From an uncultured Bryobacteraceae bacterium (GTDB taxonomy: Bacteria; Acidobacteriota; Terriglobia; Bryobacterales; Bryobacteraceae), in assembly GCA_937924525.1 (NCBI GenBank), contig CALDSU010000002.1:311069-375068 (forward strand): a DNA stretch of 64,000 nt, read 5' to 3'. Position 1 is the stretch's first letter. Each line of letters opens with the position of its first letter. The notes under the pieces are model-generated. The model was not told where the DNA came from, did no database searches, and saw only the letters and a list, made by a program, of their open reading frames with translations. Below, in pieces: positions 54,183-62,346 of the stretch. Made by a program: the position numbers and the translations under genes.

Positions 54183-54560
54183 CTATTCAAACTCCACGAG
54201 CACCTGGCCCATCTGGACGCTTTCCCCGGCGCTCACGTTGACGCTCTTCACCCGGCCCGCGACGGGCGCGGTGATATTGGTCTCCATTTTCATCGCCTCG
54301 AGCACCATCAGCGGGTCGTTGGTCTGGAGGCTCTGGCCGGGTTGCACATTGATGCGCACCACGGTGCCGACGATGGGGCTGCGGCAGACCTTGTCTTCCC
54401 GGGCGTGGGTTCCGCCGGTGGCCCCCGCGGCCGCCAACGGCGCCGGAGCGGGCAGGGAAACGCTCTGCGGCTGGTACACCGGGTAAGCCGGCGCGTCCTC
54501 CTCGGCGACTTCCACCTCCACTTCGTACAACTTGCCGTCTACCGTGATATTGAGTTTCAC
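54183..54560 (-). CDS. biotin carboxyl carrier subunit (transcarboxylase 1.3S-like)
   Basis: 125 aa. Biotinylation motif LEAMKMET. The N-terminus MKLNITVDGKLYEVEVEV resembles the N-terminus of the Propionibacterium 1.3S subunit (from memory). Confidence 0.85.
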   Translation of the reverse strand: MKLNITVDGKLYEVEVEVAEEDAPAYPVYQPQSVSLPAPAPLAAAGATGGTHAREDKVCRSPIVGTVVRINVQPGQSLQTNDPLMVLEAMKMETNITAPVAGRVKSVNVSAGESVQMGQVLVEFE

Positions 54561-54569
54561 CGTGCTCCT

Positions 54570-54917
54570 TTAAGTATGGCGGGTCAGCATGTGCGACGCC
54601 TGGATGAAGACGCGCCCCTGCTGAGCCCAAGGGTTGAACTCCGCGGTCGCCGGCCGCACGCGGCGGGCCTGGCGGACCTTCACTTTCTTGCCCAGGAAGG
54701 CGGTGACGGCGGCGCCGATCACCAGAATCACCTCGGGAGGAATGACGTCTTCCTCCGGAACCTCCGCCGCAACGGGCTCGGCGGGCCTCGCCGCCGGGGG
54801 CGCCTCGGGCGGCGGGGAATCCGCCTCCAGCCGCGCCAGGCGGGCCGAAAGATCGCCCAGCAACTTCTGGAGCTCTTCGATTTGCGCCCTCAGGGCGCGG
54901 GTTTCCGTCGTGTCCAT
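54570..54917 (-). CDS. OadG-like small protein (coiled-coil N-terminus, no N-terminal membrane anchor)
   Basis: 115 aa. The C-terminal EVILVIGAAVTAFLGKKVKVRQARRVRP...NPWAQQGR resembles the conserved segment of OadG/decarboxylase gamma-type subunits. Good codon bias and tight operon spacing. Confidence 0.5.
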   Translation of the reverse strand: MDTTETRALRAQIEELQKLLGDLSARLARLEADSPPPEAPPAARPAEPVAAEVPEEDVIPPEVILVIGAAVTAFLGKKVKVRQARRVRPATAEFNPWAQQGRVFIQASHMLTRHT

Positions 54918-54932
54918 CAGTCTGCCTCGCGG

Positions 54933-56495
54933 CTACAGCGGGATCAGCCCGTGCTTTTTCGGCGGGCGCAGTTCGCGCTTGGTGTGGAGCGCCTGCAACG
55001 CCGCCGCCAGGTAGCGCCGGGTCTCCGCGGGTTCGATGATGTCGTCCACCAACCGCCGGGCCCCCGCCATATAGGGTGTGGCGAAGGTCCGCCGGTACTC
55101 TGCAATCAGCTCTTTCCGCCGGGCCGCTTTATCCTCGGCCTCCTGGAGTTCCTTGCGGAAAACCACTTCCACCGCTCCCTCCGCGCCCATCACGGCGATT
55201 TCGGCGGTCGGCCAGGCCACGACCCGGTCCGCGCCCAGATCCTTGCCGCACATCGCCAGGTACGCGCCCCCATAGGCCTTGCGCATCACCACCGTGATCT
55301 TGGGGACCGTGGCCGCCGAGTAGGCGAACAACATCTTGGCCCCGTGGCGAATAATGCCGCCGTATTCCTGCTGGACGCCGGGCAGGAATCCGGGCACGTC
55401 GACCAGCGTCACCAGCGAAATGTTGAACGCGTTGCAGAAGCGAATGAAGCGCGACGCCTTGGTCGACGCATTGATATCCAGCGATCCGGCGAGGACGCTC
55501 GGCTGGTTCGCGATGATGCCCACCACCCGGCCCTGGATGCGGGCGAAACCGATGACGATGTTGGGGGCGAATCCCGGCTGCACCTCCAGGAAATCGCCGA
55601 AATCCACCAGGCGGACAATGACTTGGCGCACATCGTAGCCCAGTTTGGATTCGTCCGGAACGATGTAATTCAACTCCGGGTCGAGACCGACCGGCGCGTC
55701 ACCAGCGACCAGCGGGGGATCCTCGAGATTATTCGACGGCAGAAAGCTCAACAAACGCTTGCACAACAAAACGGCATCCTGATCGTTCTGCGCGACGAAA
55801 TGCACCACGCCGGAATGATTCATCTGCGCCTGCGGACCGCCCAGTTGCTCGGCGGTCACGGTTTCCCCGGTCACCTGCTTGATGACGTTCGGACCGGTGA
55901 TGAACATCTGGGCGCCCAGGGTCTGAATCACGAAGTCCGTCAGCGCCGGACTGTAGGCCGCGCCGCCCGCGCAAGGGCCGCAGATCAGGGAGATCTGGGG
56001 CACTGCTCCGGACAGCATCACGTTGCTGTAAAAAACCCGGCCGTAGCCGGCCAGGCTGTCGATTCCCTCCTGCACGCGGGCGCCGCCGGAATCGTTGACG
56101 AAGACGAACGGCGAGCCGGTTTTCAAGGACAGCCGCATCGCTTCGGCGATCTTGTCGCTGTGGACCTCGCCGGCGGCCCCTCCGCCCACGGTAAAGTCCT
56201 GGCTGGCCAGATGCACCAGTCTTCCGTCAATGGTGGCCGCCCCGGTGACGACGCCGTCGGCGGGCATTTCCTTGCCCGCCATGCCGAAGAACGTCGCGCG
56301 GTGCTGGGCGAACAAGCCGATTTCCTGAAAACTGCCCGCATCCACCAGCGCGGCGATGCGTTCGCGGGCGGTGAGTTTGCCGCTGGCGTGCTGTTTCTCG
56401 ATGCGTTCCTTGCCGCCGCCTAGATACAGCGCCTCTTTTCTGGCCTTGAGCGTTTCGATACGCTCGTCGATCGCCTTCGTGTTTTCCGCAGACAT
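54933..56495 (-). CDS. methylmalonyl-CoA carboxyltransferase (transcarboxylase 12S / PccB-like subunit)
   Basis: 520 aa with two crotonase-like carboxyltransferase halves. GGARVQEG and AYGGAYLAM-type motifs. Confidence 0.9.
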   Translation of the reverse strand: MSAENTKAIDERIETLKARKEALYLGGGKERIEKQHASGKLTARERIAALVDAGSFQEIGLFAQHRATFFGMAGKEMPADGVVTGAATIDGRLVHLASQDFTVGGGAAGEVHSDKIAEAMRLSLKTGSPFVFVNDSGGARVQEGIDSLAGYGRVFYSNVMLSGAVPQISLICGPCAGGAAYSPALTDFVIQTLGAQMFITGPNVIKQVTGETVTAEQLGGPQAQMNHSGVVHFVAQNDQDAVLLCKRLLSFLPSNNLEDPPLVAGDAPVGLDPELNYIVPDESKLGYDVRQVIVRLVDFGDFLEVQPGFAPNIVIGFARIQGRVVGIIANQPSVLAGSLDINASTKASRFIRFCNAFNISLVTLVDVPGFLPGVQQEYGGIIRHGAKMLFAYSAATVPKITVVMRKAYGGAYLAMCGKDLGADRVVAWPTAEIAVMGAEGAVEVVFRKELQEAEDKAARRKELIAEYRRTFATPYMAGARRLVDDIIEPAETRRYLAAALQALHTKRELRPPKKHGLIPL

Positions 56496-56528
56496 AGTTC
56501 TCCTGCCGTCTCCCTCGACCCGAGGCGG

Positions 56529-58022
56529 CTAGGCCACGGGCGAGACGGTTACCTTGTGAGTCTTGCCGTTCAGCGTGATGTTGTAATGGACCGGGCCCGC
56601 CGCCGCCGGGGCGGAGGGTGGAGCAGGCGCCGCGGGCTTCGCCGCCGGATCTTTCCCCAGATTCTTCGGCCCCTGGTCGCGGGTGGAGAAAAACTTCGGC
56701 GCCACCTGCGGGAACATTGCAAAGGTCAGCACATCCTCGTCCGATCCGTTGCACCCCTGCAAGGACAACGCCTGCCCGCGCAACTGCTCCCACTCGGGCT
56801 TCAGCAGGTCCGCCGGGCGGCAGGTGATGGGATCCTTCTTGGCATGCGCCACCGCTTTGGTCACGACCTCGGCGTTCTTCACCCCGAGAGTGTTGCCGTA
56901 ATAGCCCAGCATCAGGTCCGCGAACTCGCCGGTGAGCACCTTGTAGCGGCCCATCAGCACGTTGAAAACCGCCTGCGTGCCCACAATCTGGCTCGAGGGG
57001 GTGACCAGCGGCGGAAAACCCGCGTCTTCGCGCACGCGGGGCACCTCTTCCAGCACTTCCCGCACCCGGTCGCCCGCGCCTTGCTGCTTCAACTGGCTTT
57101 CCATGTTCGAGATCATGCCGCCCGGGATCTGACTGCGGAAGATTTCCGTTTCCACGCCGGTGATATCGGAAAGAAACTCCGCATAGCGGGGGCGGATCTT
57201 CTTGAAGTGGTCGCGGACCTTGAGGATTTTCTCCAGGTCGAGCCGGGTCCGGTAGGGCGTTCCTTCCAGCATCTCCACCAAGCTCTCGGTGGGATTGTGT
57301 CCCGGTCCCAGGCTAAGCGCGCTGATGGACGTGTCCACGATATCGGCGCCCGCTTCGATCGCCTTCATCAGGCTCACCATGGTGACGCCGGTGGTGGCGT
57401 GCGTGTGGACGTGCACCAGCACATCCTCTCCGCAGGCCTGTTTGATGCCCTTCACCAAGTCGTACGCCGGTTGCGGCTTGAGGAGCGCCGCCATGTCTTT
57501 GATGCAGATGGAATCGCAACCGAAGTCCACCAGTTGCTCGGCCATCTCGATAAAATCCCCCACAGAGTGCACCGGGCTGACCGTATAACAAATGGTGCCC
57601 TGCGCGTGCTTGCCGGTCTTTTTCACCGCCCGCAGCGCGGTGCGCAAATTGCGCATATCGTTGAGCGCATCGAACACCCGGAATACGTCCATGCCGTTTT
57701 GCGCGGCTTTTTCGACGAAACGCTCCACCACGCCGTCCTCGTAATGCCGGTATCCCAGCAAATTTTGCCCGCGCAAAAGCATTTGCAGCCGCGTTTTTGG
57801 CATCAGTCGCCGAAAGGTGCGCAGCCGCTCCCAGGGGTCTTCGTTCAAGAACCGGATACACGCGTCAAACGTCGCGCCGCCCCAGCATTCCACCGACCAA
57901 TACCCGGCGTTGTCAAGGTCCTCGCACACCGGGACCATGTCTTCCAAGGCCATGCGGGTCGCCATCAGGCTTTGATGGCCATCGCGCAAAATCAGTTCCG
58001 TCACTTCCACCAGTCGGGCCAT
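56529..58022 (-). CDS. pyruvate/oxaloacetate carboxyltransferase (transcarboxylase 5S / OadA-PycB-like) without biotinyl domain
   Basis: 497 aa. TIM-barrel HMGL-like domain (ELILRDGHQSL, ICIKDMAALL, HVHTHATTG). The C-terminus ends in PVHYNITLNGKTHKVTVSPVA with no AMKM site. Confidence 0.9.
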   Translation of the reverse strand: MARLVEVTELILRDGHQSLMATRMALEDMVPVCEDLDNAGYWSVECWGGATFDACIRFLNEDPWERLRTFRRLMPKTRLQMLLRGQNLLGYRHYEDGVVERFVEKAAQNGMDVFRVFDALNDMRNLRTALRAVKKTGKHAQGTICYTVSPVHSVGDFIEMAEQLVDFGCDSICIKDMAALLKPQPAYDLVKGIKQACGEDVLVHVHTHATTGVTMVSLMKAIEAGADIVDTSISALSLGPGHNPTESLVEMLEGTPYRTRLDLEKILKVRDHFKKIRPRYAEFLSDITGVETEIFRSQIPGGMISNMESQLKQQGAGDRVREVLEEVPRVREDAGFPPLVTPSSQIVGTQAVFNVLMGRYKVLTGEFADLMLGYYGNTLGVKNAEVVTKAVAHAKKDPITCRPADLLKPEWEQLRGQALSLQGCNGSDEDVLTFAMFPQVAPKFFSTRDQGPKNLGKDPAAKPAAPAPPSAPAAAGPVHYNITLNGKTHKVTVSPVA

Positions 58023-58155
58023 AAACCGTATCGCGAGGCGCCGCGCCCTCGCGCAAAAAGGGTTCGAAGGAGAACGGCAGCGGGGCCGGCAGCTTCCGAA
58101 CCTTCACCGTAGCACACCCGCGAATGACGAGTCTGTTACGGGAGAAAGCCGGGCC

Positions 58156-59511
58156 TCACTCTTTCGGGGCGATGCCGAGCGTTTTCATCTTGCGGTACAG
58201 GTTACTGCGTTCCAGGCCCAGCATTTCCGCGGTGCGGCTGACGTTGCCGCCCGCCTCTTCGAGTTTCTTCAGGATGTAGTCCCGCTCGGCCGCCTCGCGG
58301 ACTTCGTGGAGGCTGCCCAGACGCACGGGCGCGGACAGCCGCCGCGTACCCGTCACCGGGAGATGCCGCACATCCACCCGCGGCTGGGGATACATGATGA
58401 CGATGCGCTCCATCAGGTTTCGCAATTCCCGCACGTTCCCCGGCCAATGGTATTCCTGAAGCACGCGGCAGGCTTCCGGCGTGAGTTCCTTGGGTTTCCG
58501 GCCGTAGGCGGTAGTGAATTCCCGGAGGAAGAATTCGGCCAGCGCCGGGATGTCCTCGGCGCGCTCCCGGAGCGGCGGCACATGGAACGGAATGACGTTG
58601 AGGCGGTAAAAGAGGTCCTCGCGAAAATTCCCGCGGTCGATCTCCTCGTCCAGGTTCTTGTTGGTCGCCGCCACCACCCGCACGTCCACCTGTACCGAGG
58701 TGCCCGAGCCGACCGGCTCGAACCGTCCTTCGTCCAGCACCCGCAGCACCTTCGCCTGGGTCCGCAGGCTCATGTCCCCGACCTCGTCGAGGAAGAGCGT
58801 GCCCCGGTGAGCTTTCTCGAACTTCCCCGTCTTGTCTTCCGTCGCGCCGGGAAAACTGCCTTTGGCGTGGCCGAATAACTCGCTCTCGATGAGTTCCTCG
58901 GGGATGGCGGCGCAATTGACCACCACAAACGGTTCGGCGGCGCGGGCGCTCATGGCGTGCAGCGCGTGGGCGACCAGTTCCTTGCCGGTCCCGCTCTCCC
59001 CGTAGATCAAAACGCGCCCGTTGGTGCCCGCCATCAGCGCAAGCTGCTGGCGCAGCGCTTTCATGGGGACGCTGTCGCCCAGGATCTGATAGCGGCCCGC
59101 CTCCGCGGTCCGCAGGCGCGCATTCTCCTGCTGGAGCCGTTGTTGCTCGAGCGCGTTCCGCACCACCAGCGTTACTCGGTCAATCGAGAGCGGCTTTTCG
59201 AGGAAATCGAAGGCGCCCAGCTTGGTGGCGCGCACGGCGGTTTCAATGGTGCCGTGGCCGGAGATCATTACAACGACCGGTCTTTGCCCGGCGGGCAGCT
59301 CCTGAATCCGCGCCAGCGTAGCGAGCCCGTCCATGCCCGGCAGCCAGATATCCAGCAAGACCACTTCGAACGGCGTAAGCGGCAACGCGGCTAGCGCCGC
59401 TTCGCCACTGTCCACGGCGGTGACGTGGCAACCCTCGTCCTCCAGCACGCTGCCGAGCGACTGGCGGATGCCAGGCTCGTCGTCCACGATCAGAATGCGG
59501 GCGTCCTTCAT
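58156..59511 (-). CDS. NtrC/NtrX-family response regulator (receiver + AAA+ + Fis-type HTH)
   Basis: 451 aa from ATG 59511 (ATGA overlap with the kinase stop). [11 protein letters not shown]...[11 protein letters not shown] receiver, Walker A GESGTGKE, Walker B LFLDEVGD, and [25 protein letters not shown]. The GAFTGA loop reads GSFPGA. Confidence 0.88.
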   Translation of the reverse strand: MKDARILIVDDEPGIRQSLGSVLEDEGCHVTAVDSGEAALAALPLTPFEVVLLDIWLPGMDGLATLARIQELPAGQRPVVVMISGHGTIETAVRATKLGAFDFLEKPLSIDRVTLVVRNALEQQRLQQENARLRTAEAGRYQILGDSVPMKALRQQLALMAGTNGRVLIYGESGTGKELVAHALHAMSARAAEPFVVVNCAAIPEELIESELFGHAKGSFPGATEDKTGKFEKAHRGTLFLDEVGDMSLRTQAKVLRVLDEGRFEPVGSGTSVQVDVRVVAATNKNLDEEIDRGNFREDLFYRLNVIPFHVPPLRERAEDIPALAEFFLREFTTAYGRKPKELTPEACRVLQEYHWPGNVRELRNLMERIVIMYPQPRVDVRHLPVTGTRRLSAPVRLGSLHEVREAAERDYILKKLEEAGGNVSRTAEMLGLERSNLYRKMKTLGIAPKE

Positions 59512-61640
59512 GCAGGCTTGCCCGTCGCCCCGCCGGCGACCTCGGCCGGCTCCGGAAGGTCGGAATCCAGCAGCCCGGGAATCTCGACGATGAACACGGC
59601 CCCAGCCGGCCGGTTGTCTTCCACCCGGATCGTGGCCCCGTGCTCGGACAGAATGTGATTGACGATCGCCAGGCCCACCCCTGTGCCGCGTCCTTTCGTG
59701 GAAAAGTAGGGCAGAAACAGCTTTTCCTTGTCTTCGGGCGAGATGCCGCAACCGGTGTCGGCGACCACCAGGGTTACCACGCCGGACGTCTCGGCGTGGG
59801 TGATCACGGACAGCTCCTTCACCAAAGTTTCCTGCATCGCCTCGGCGGCGTTGTCGATCAGATTGACCACCGCCCGCTTGAATTGCTCCCGGTCCAGGAA
59901 TACGGGCGGCAGTCCCGCGGCGAGCTGGGTGTGGATCCGGATTCCCTCCAGCCGCCCTTCGAACACCGCCAAGGCGCTTTCGACGACCTCGTTCAGCCCG
60001 GCGCGGACCGGATTGGCGGCGGGGAACCGGGTGAACTGCGAAAACTCGTCCACCAAGGTCTTCACCGAGTCCACCTCCGCGGCGATGAGGGCGGCGCACT
60101 CGCGGGCGATCCGGCACATGTCTTCCAGCGCGCGGGGGGCGTCGGCGCGGGCGGCCAGCCGCTCCGCCTGCCGGCTGAGCCGCTCGGCGGACAAGGCGAT
60201 GGGCGTCAGGGGGTTCTTGATTTCATGGGCCACCCGGCGGGCCACTTCGTGCCAGGCCGCCGCTTTCTGGGCGCGCAGCAGGTCGGAGAGGTCTTCCAGC
60301 ACCAGCACGAACCCCGACGACTGCCGCTCGTCCAGTGCCGCTACCGTGGCCGACAGGTGCAGCGTCTGGCGGCCGTTGTTGAGGGAAAGCTCCCGCGCCG
60401 CCGCACCCGTGCGGCGGGCCCGCTTCATCAGGTAGCGGAGCTCCGCGGTGTCCTCCCTACCGAACAGGTCCTCCAGCCGGCGCGCACGCCGCACCTGTTC
60501 ATCAGGGAAAAGCTGCTTCAAGGCGCGATTGACCCGCTGGATGACGCCGTCCCGTGTGAGCGAAATCACCCCCGTCGGAATGCTTTCCAGAATCGCCTCG
60601 GTGAAGCGCCGGCGCGCGTCCAGTTCCCGGGCGTTGGCCTCCAGTTGCGCGGTCATGGCGTTAAACGCGCGCACCAGCCTCCCCAGTTCGTCGATCGCGC
60701 TGACTTCCACCCGGTACTGAAAGTTTCCCTCTCCCACCTCGTCCGCCGCCTTCAACAGCGCGGAAATCGGCGTGCTGATCTGCCGGGCCAGGAACAGGGC
60801 GATCCACGTCGACAGGAACAGCACGAACAGGGCGATGAGGGCCTGCATCAAGATATAGAACCAGCGCAGCGATTTCTTTTCCGCGTCCAGCCGGTCGATT
60901 TCGGCCACATAACGGGCGATGCGCTGGCCGGCGGCGGCGAGGTCGAGAGGCCGGAGCGCCCCCAACGCGAGCCCCACCGTGCGTCCGTCGGGCAAGGTGA
61001 ACGCCAACCGCGAAACTACCGCTTGCTGCCGCGGGCGCTCCAGGATGCCCGCGTCGCCCCACGCCGCCAGGATCTGCCCCCGCGGGGCCTCCCGCGCTTC
61101 GATGGCGACCAGATTGTGCCTGCGGGCGAATTGAGCCAGAAAGCCAGGATCCCCGCTCCCGTTCACGACTGCCGCAAACTCCGTGCTTCCCGACAGCAGT
61201 TCTCCCAGCGCCCGCAGCCGGCCTTGCGATTCTTCTTCCATCGCGTTGGCCAACGCAATGTAGTCGAAGCGCAGCTTCTCGCCCGGCCGGCTGAACCACT
61301 TCTCCAGGTTGCGGTTGAGCAACGCGTAGCTGAAGACCACGAGAAAGCAGACGGGCAGAAAACTCAGCAGAAACGCGCCCCAGAACAGGCGCGACTTGAT
61401 GCGGGAGCCTTCCCGGTCGCTGCGCCGGTCCACGAACAGCCGCAGACCGGTACGGAAGAGGATGAACCCCAGCGTGACGGTCAGCAGGAAGACCAGGGTG
61501 GATACCGCCCAGAACAGGAAGGTCTGACTCAGGTCCGCCGGGGCGTATTCGCCGAAATCGAACGAAACCTGCCACACGATCAGGCCCAGGAGCACCAGCA
61601 GGGCCAGGATGCCGGAACCAAGCAGGTAACGCCGCTTCAT
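59508..61640 (-). CDS. NtrY-like sensor histidine kinase (TM-HAMP-PAS-HisKA-HATPase)
   Basis: 710 aa. Four N-terminal TM helices, HAMP (ISALLKAADEVGEGNFQYRV...LVRAFNAMTAQLE), a PAS-like domain, H-box HEIKNPLTPIALSAERL, and ATPase boxes LIDNAAEAM and DTGCGI...GTGVGLAIV. Confidence 0.85.
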   Translation of the reverse strand: MKRRYLLGSGILALLVLLGLIVWQVSFDFGEYAPADLSQTFLFWAVSTLVFLLTVTLGFILFRTGLRLFVDRRSDREGSRIKSRLFWGAFLLSFLPVCFLVVFSYALLNRNLEKWFSRPGEKLRFDYIALANAMEEESQGRLRALGELLSGSTEFAAVVNGSGDPGFLAQFARRHNLVAIEAREAPRGQILAAWGDAGILERPRQQAVVSRLAFTLPDGRTVGLALGALRPLDLAAAGQRIARYVAEIDRLDAEKKSLRWFYILMQALIALFVLFLSTWIALFLARQISTPISALLKAADEVGEGNFQYRVEVSAIDELGRLVRAFNAMTAQLEANARELDARRRFTEAILESIPTGVISLTRDGVIQRVNRALKQLFPDEQVRRARRLEDLFGREDTAELRYLMKRARRTGAAARELSLNNGRQTLHLSATVAALDERQSSGFVLVLEDLSDLLRAQKAAAWHEVARRVAHEIKNPLTPIALSAERLSRQAERLAARADAPRALEDMCRIARECAALIAAEVDSVKTLVDEFSQFTRFPAANPVRAGLNEVVESALAVFEGRLEGIRIHTQLAAGLPPVFLDREQFKRAVVNLIDNAAEAMQETLVKELSVITHAETSGVVTLVVADTGCGISPEDKEKLFLPYFSTKGRGTGVGLAIVNHILSEHGATIRVEDNRPAGAVFIVEIPGLLDSDLPEPAEVAGGATGKPA

Positions 61641-61718
61641 GTGCGCGGTTTCTCCCTGCGATTATAGCCGCTGGCCGGGCGGAGGCGCGCCGCGGCCGGC
61701 CCGGTTTACAATCGAGAC

Positions 61719-62324
61719 ATGGCGGCGGCGCCCACTCCCCGGCTGACACCGGAGCAGTACCTGGAAATCGAACGCCAGGCTCAGGCAAAGAGTGAGTACT
61801 ACCGCGGTCAGATGCATGCCATGGCGGGAGGATCGGCCGATCATGCGCTGATTGCCGTGAAGCTCTCCGCCGGGTTGGACACGCGCTTGCGCGGCAGGGG
61901 CTGTCTGGTTTTTTCCAGCGATCTTCGCCTCCGGGTGTCTCCCGAAGGCCTCTATACCTACCCCGACGTGACCGTCGTCTGCGGCGTCCCGGCATTTGCA
62001 GACGAGCGCCGGGACACGCTGCTGAACCCCGCCCTGATCGCCGAGGTTCTTTCGCCATCCACCGAGGCGCAGGACCGGGGCTTCAAATTCGCCCAGTACC
62101 GCACGCTGGATTCCCTGCGCGAATACGTCCTGGTGGCTCAGTTTGAGCCCCGCGTCGAGTGCTACCTCCGCCAGGCTCGAGGCGACTGGCTGCTGAAGGA
62201 ATTCGTTGGGTTGGACGCTGTTTGCCGGCTGGAAAGCCTGGGGATCGAAATCCCCTTGCGGGAGTTGTACGAGAACGTCCAGTTTGGCGAGACCTTGCCG
62301 GGGCCCGTGGCGTCCGGCGGATAG
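61719..62324 (+). CDS. Uma2 family (DUF820) putative endonuclease
   Basis: 201 aa. TPEQYLEIERQAQAKSEYYRGQMHAMAGGSADHALI...DLRLRVSPEGLYTYPDVTVVCG...NPALIAEVLSPSTEAQDRGFKFAQYR follows the PD-(D/E)xK-like Uma2 pattern. Confidence 0.75.
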   Translation: MAAAPTPRLTPEQYLEIERQAQAKSEYYRGQMHAMAGGSADHALIAVKLSAGLDTRLRGRGCLVFSSDLRLRVSPEGLYTYPDVTVVCGVPAFADERRDTLLNPALIAEVLSPSTEAQDRGFKFAQYRTLDSLREYVLVAQFEPRVECYLRQARGDWLLKEFVGLDAVCRLESLGIEIPLRELYENVQFGETLPGPVASGG

Positions 62325-62346
62325 CGCCGGGGCGCGGGCTCTCGAA

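Noticed and set aside
58032-58053. GC hairpin plus A/T run as a terminator between the regulator gene and the transcarboxylase operon
   Set aside because: On the transcribed (minus) strand the U-run precedes the stem rather than following it, so it does not fit an intrinsic terminator. It more likely belongs to the operon 5' UTR.
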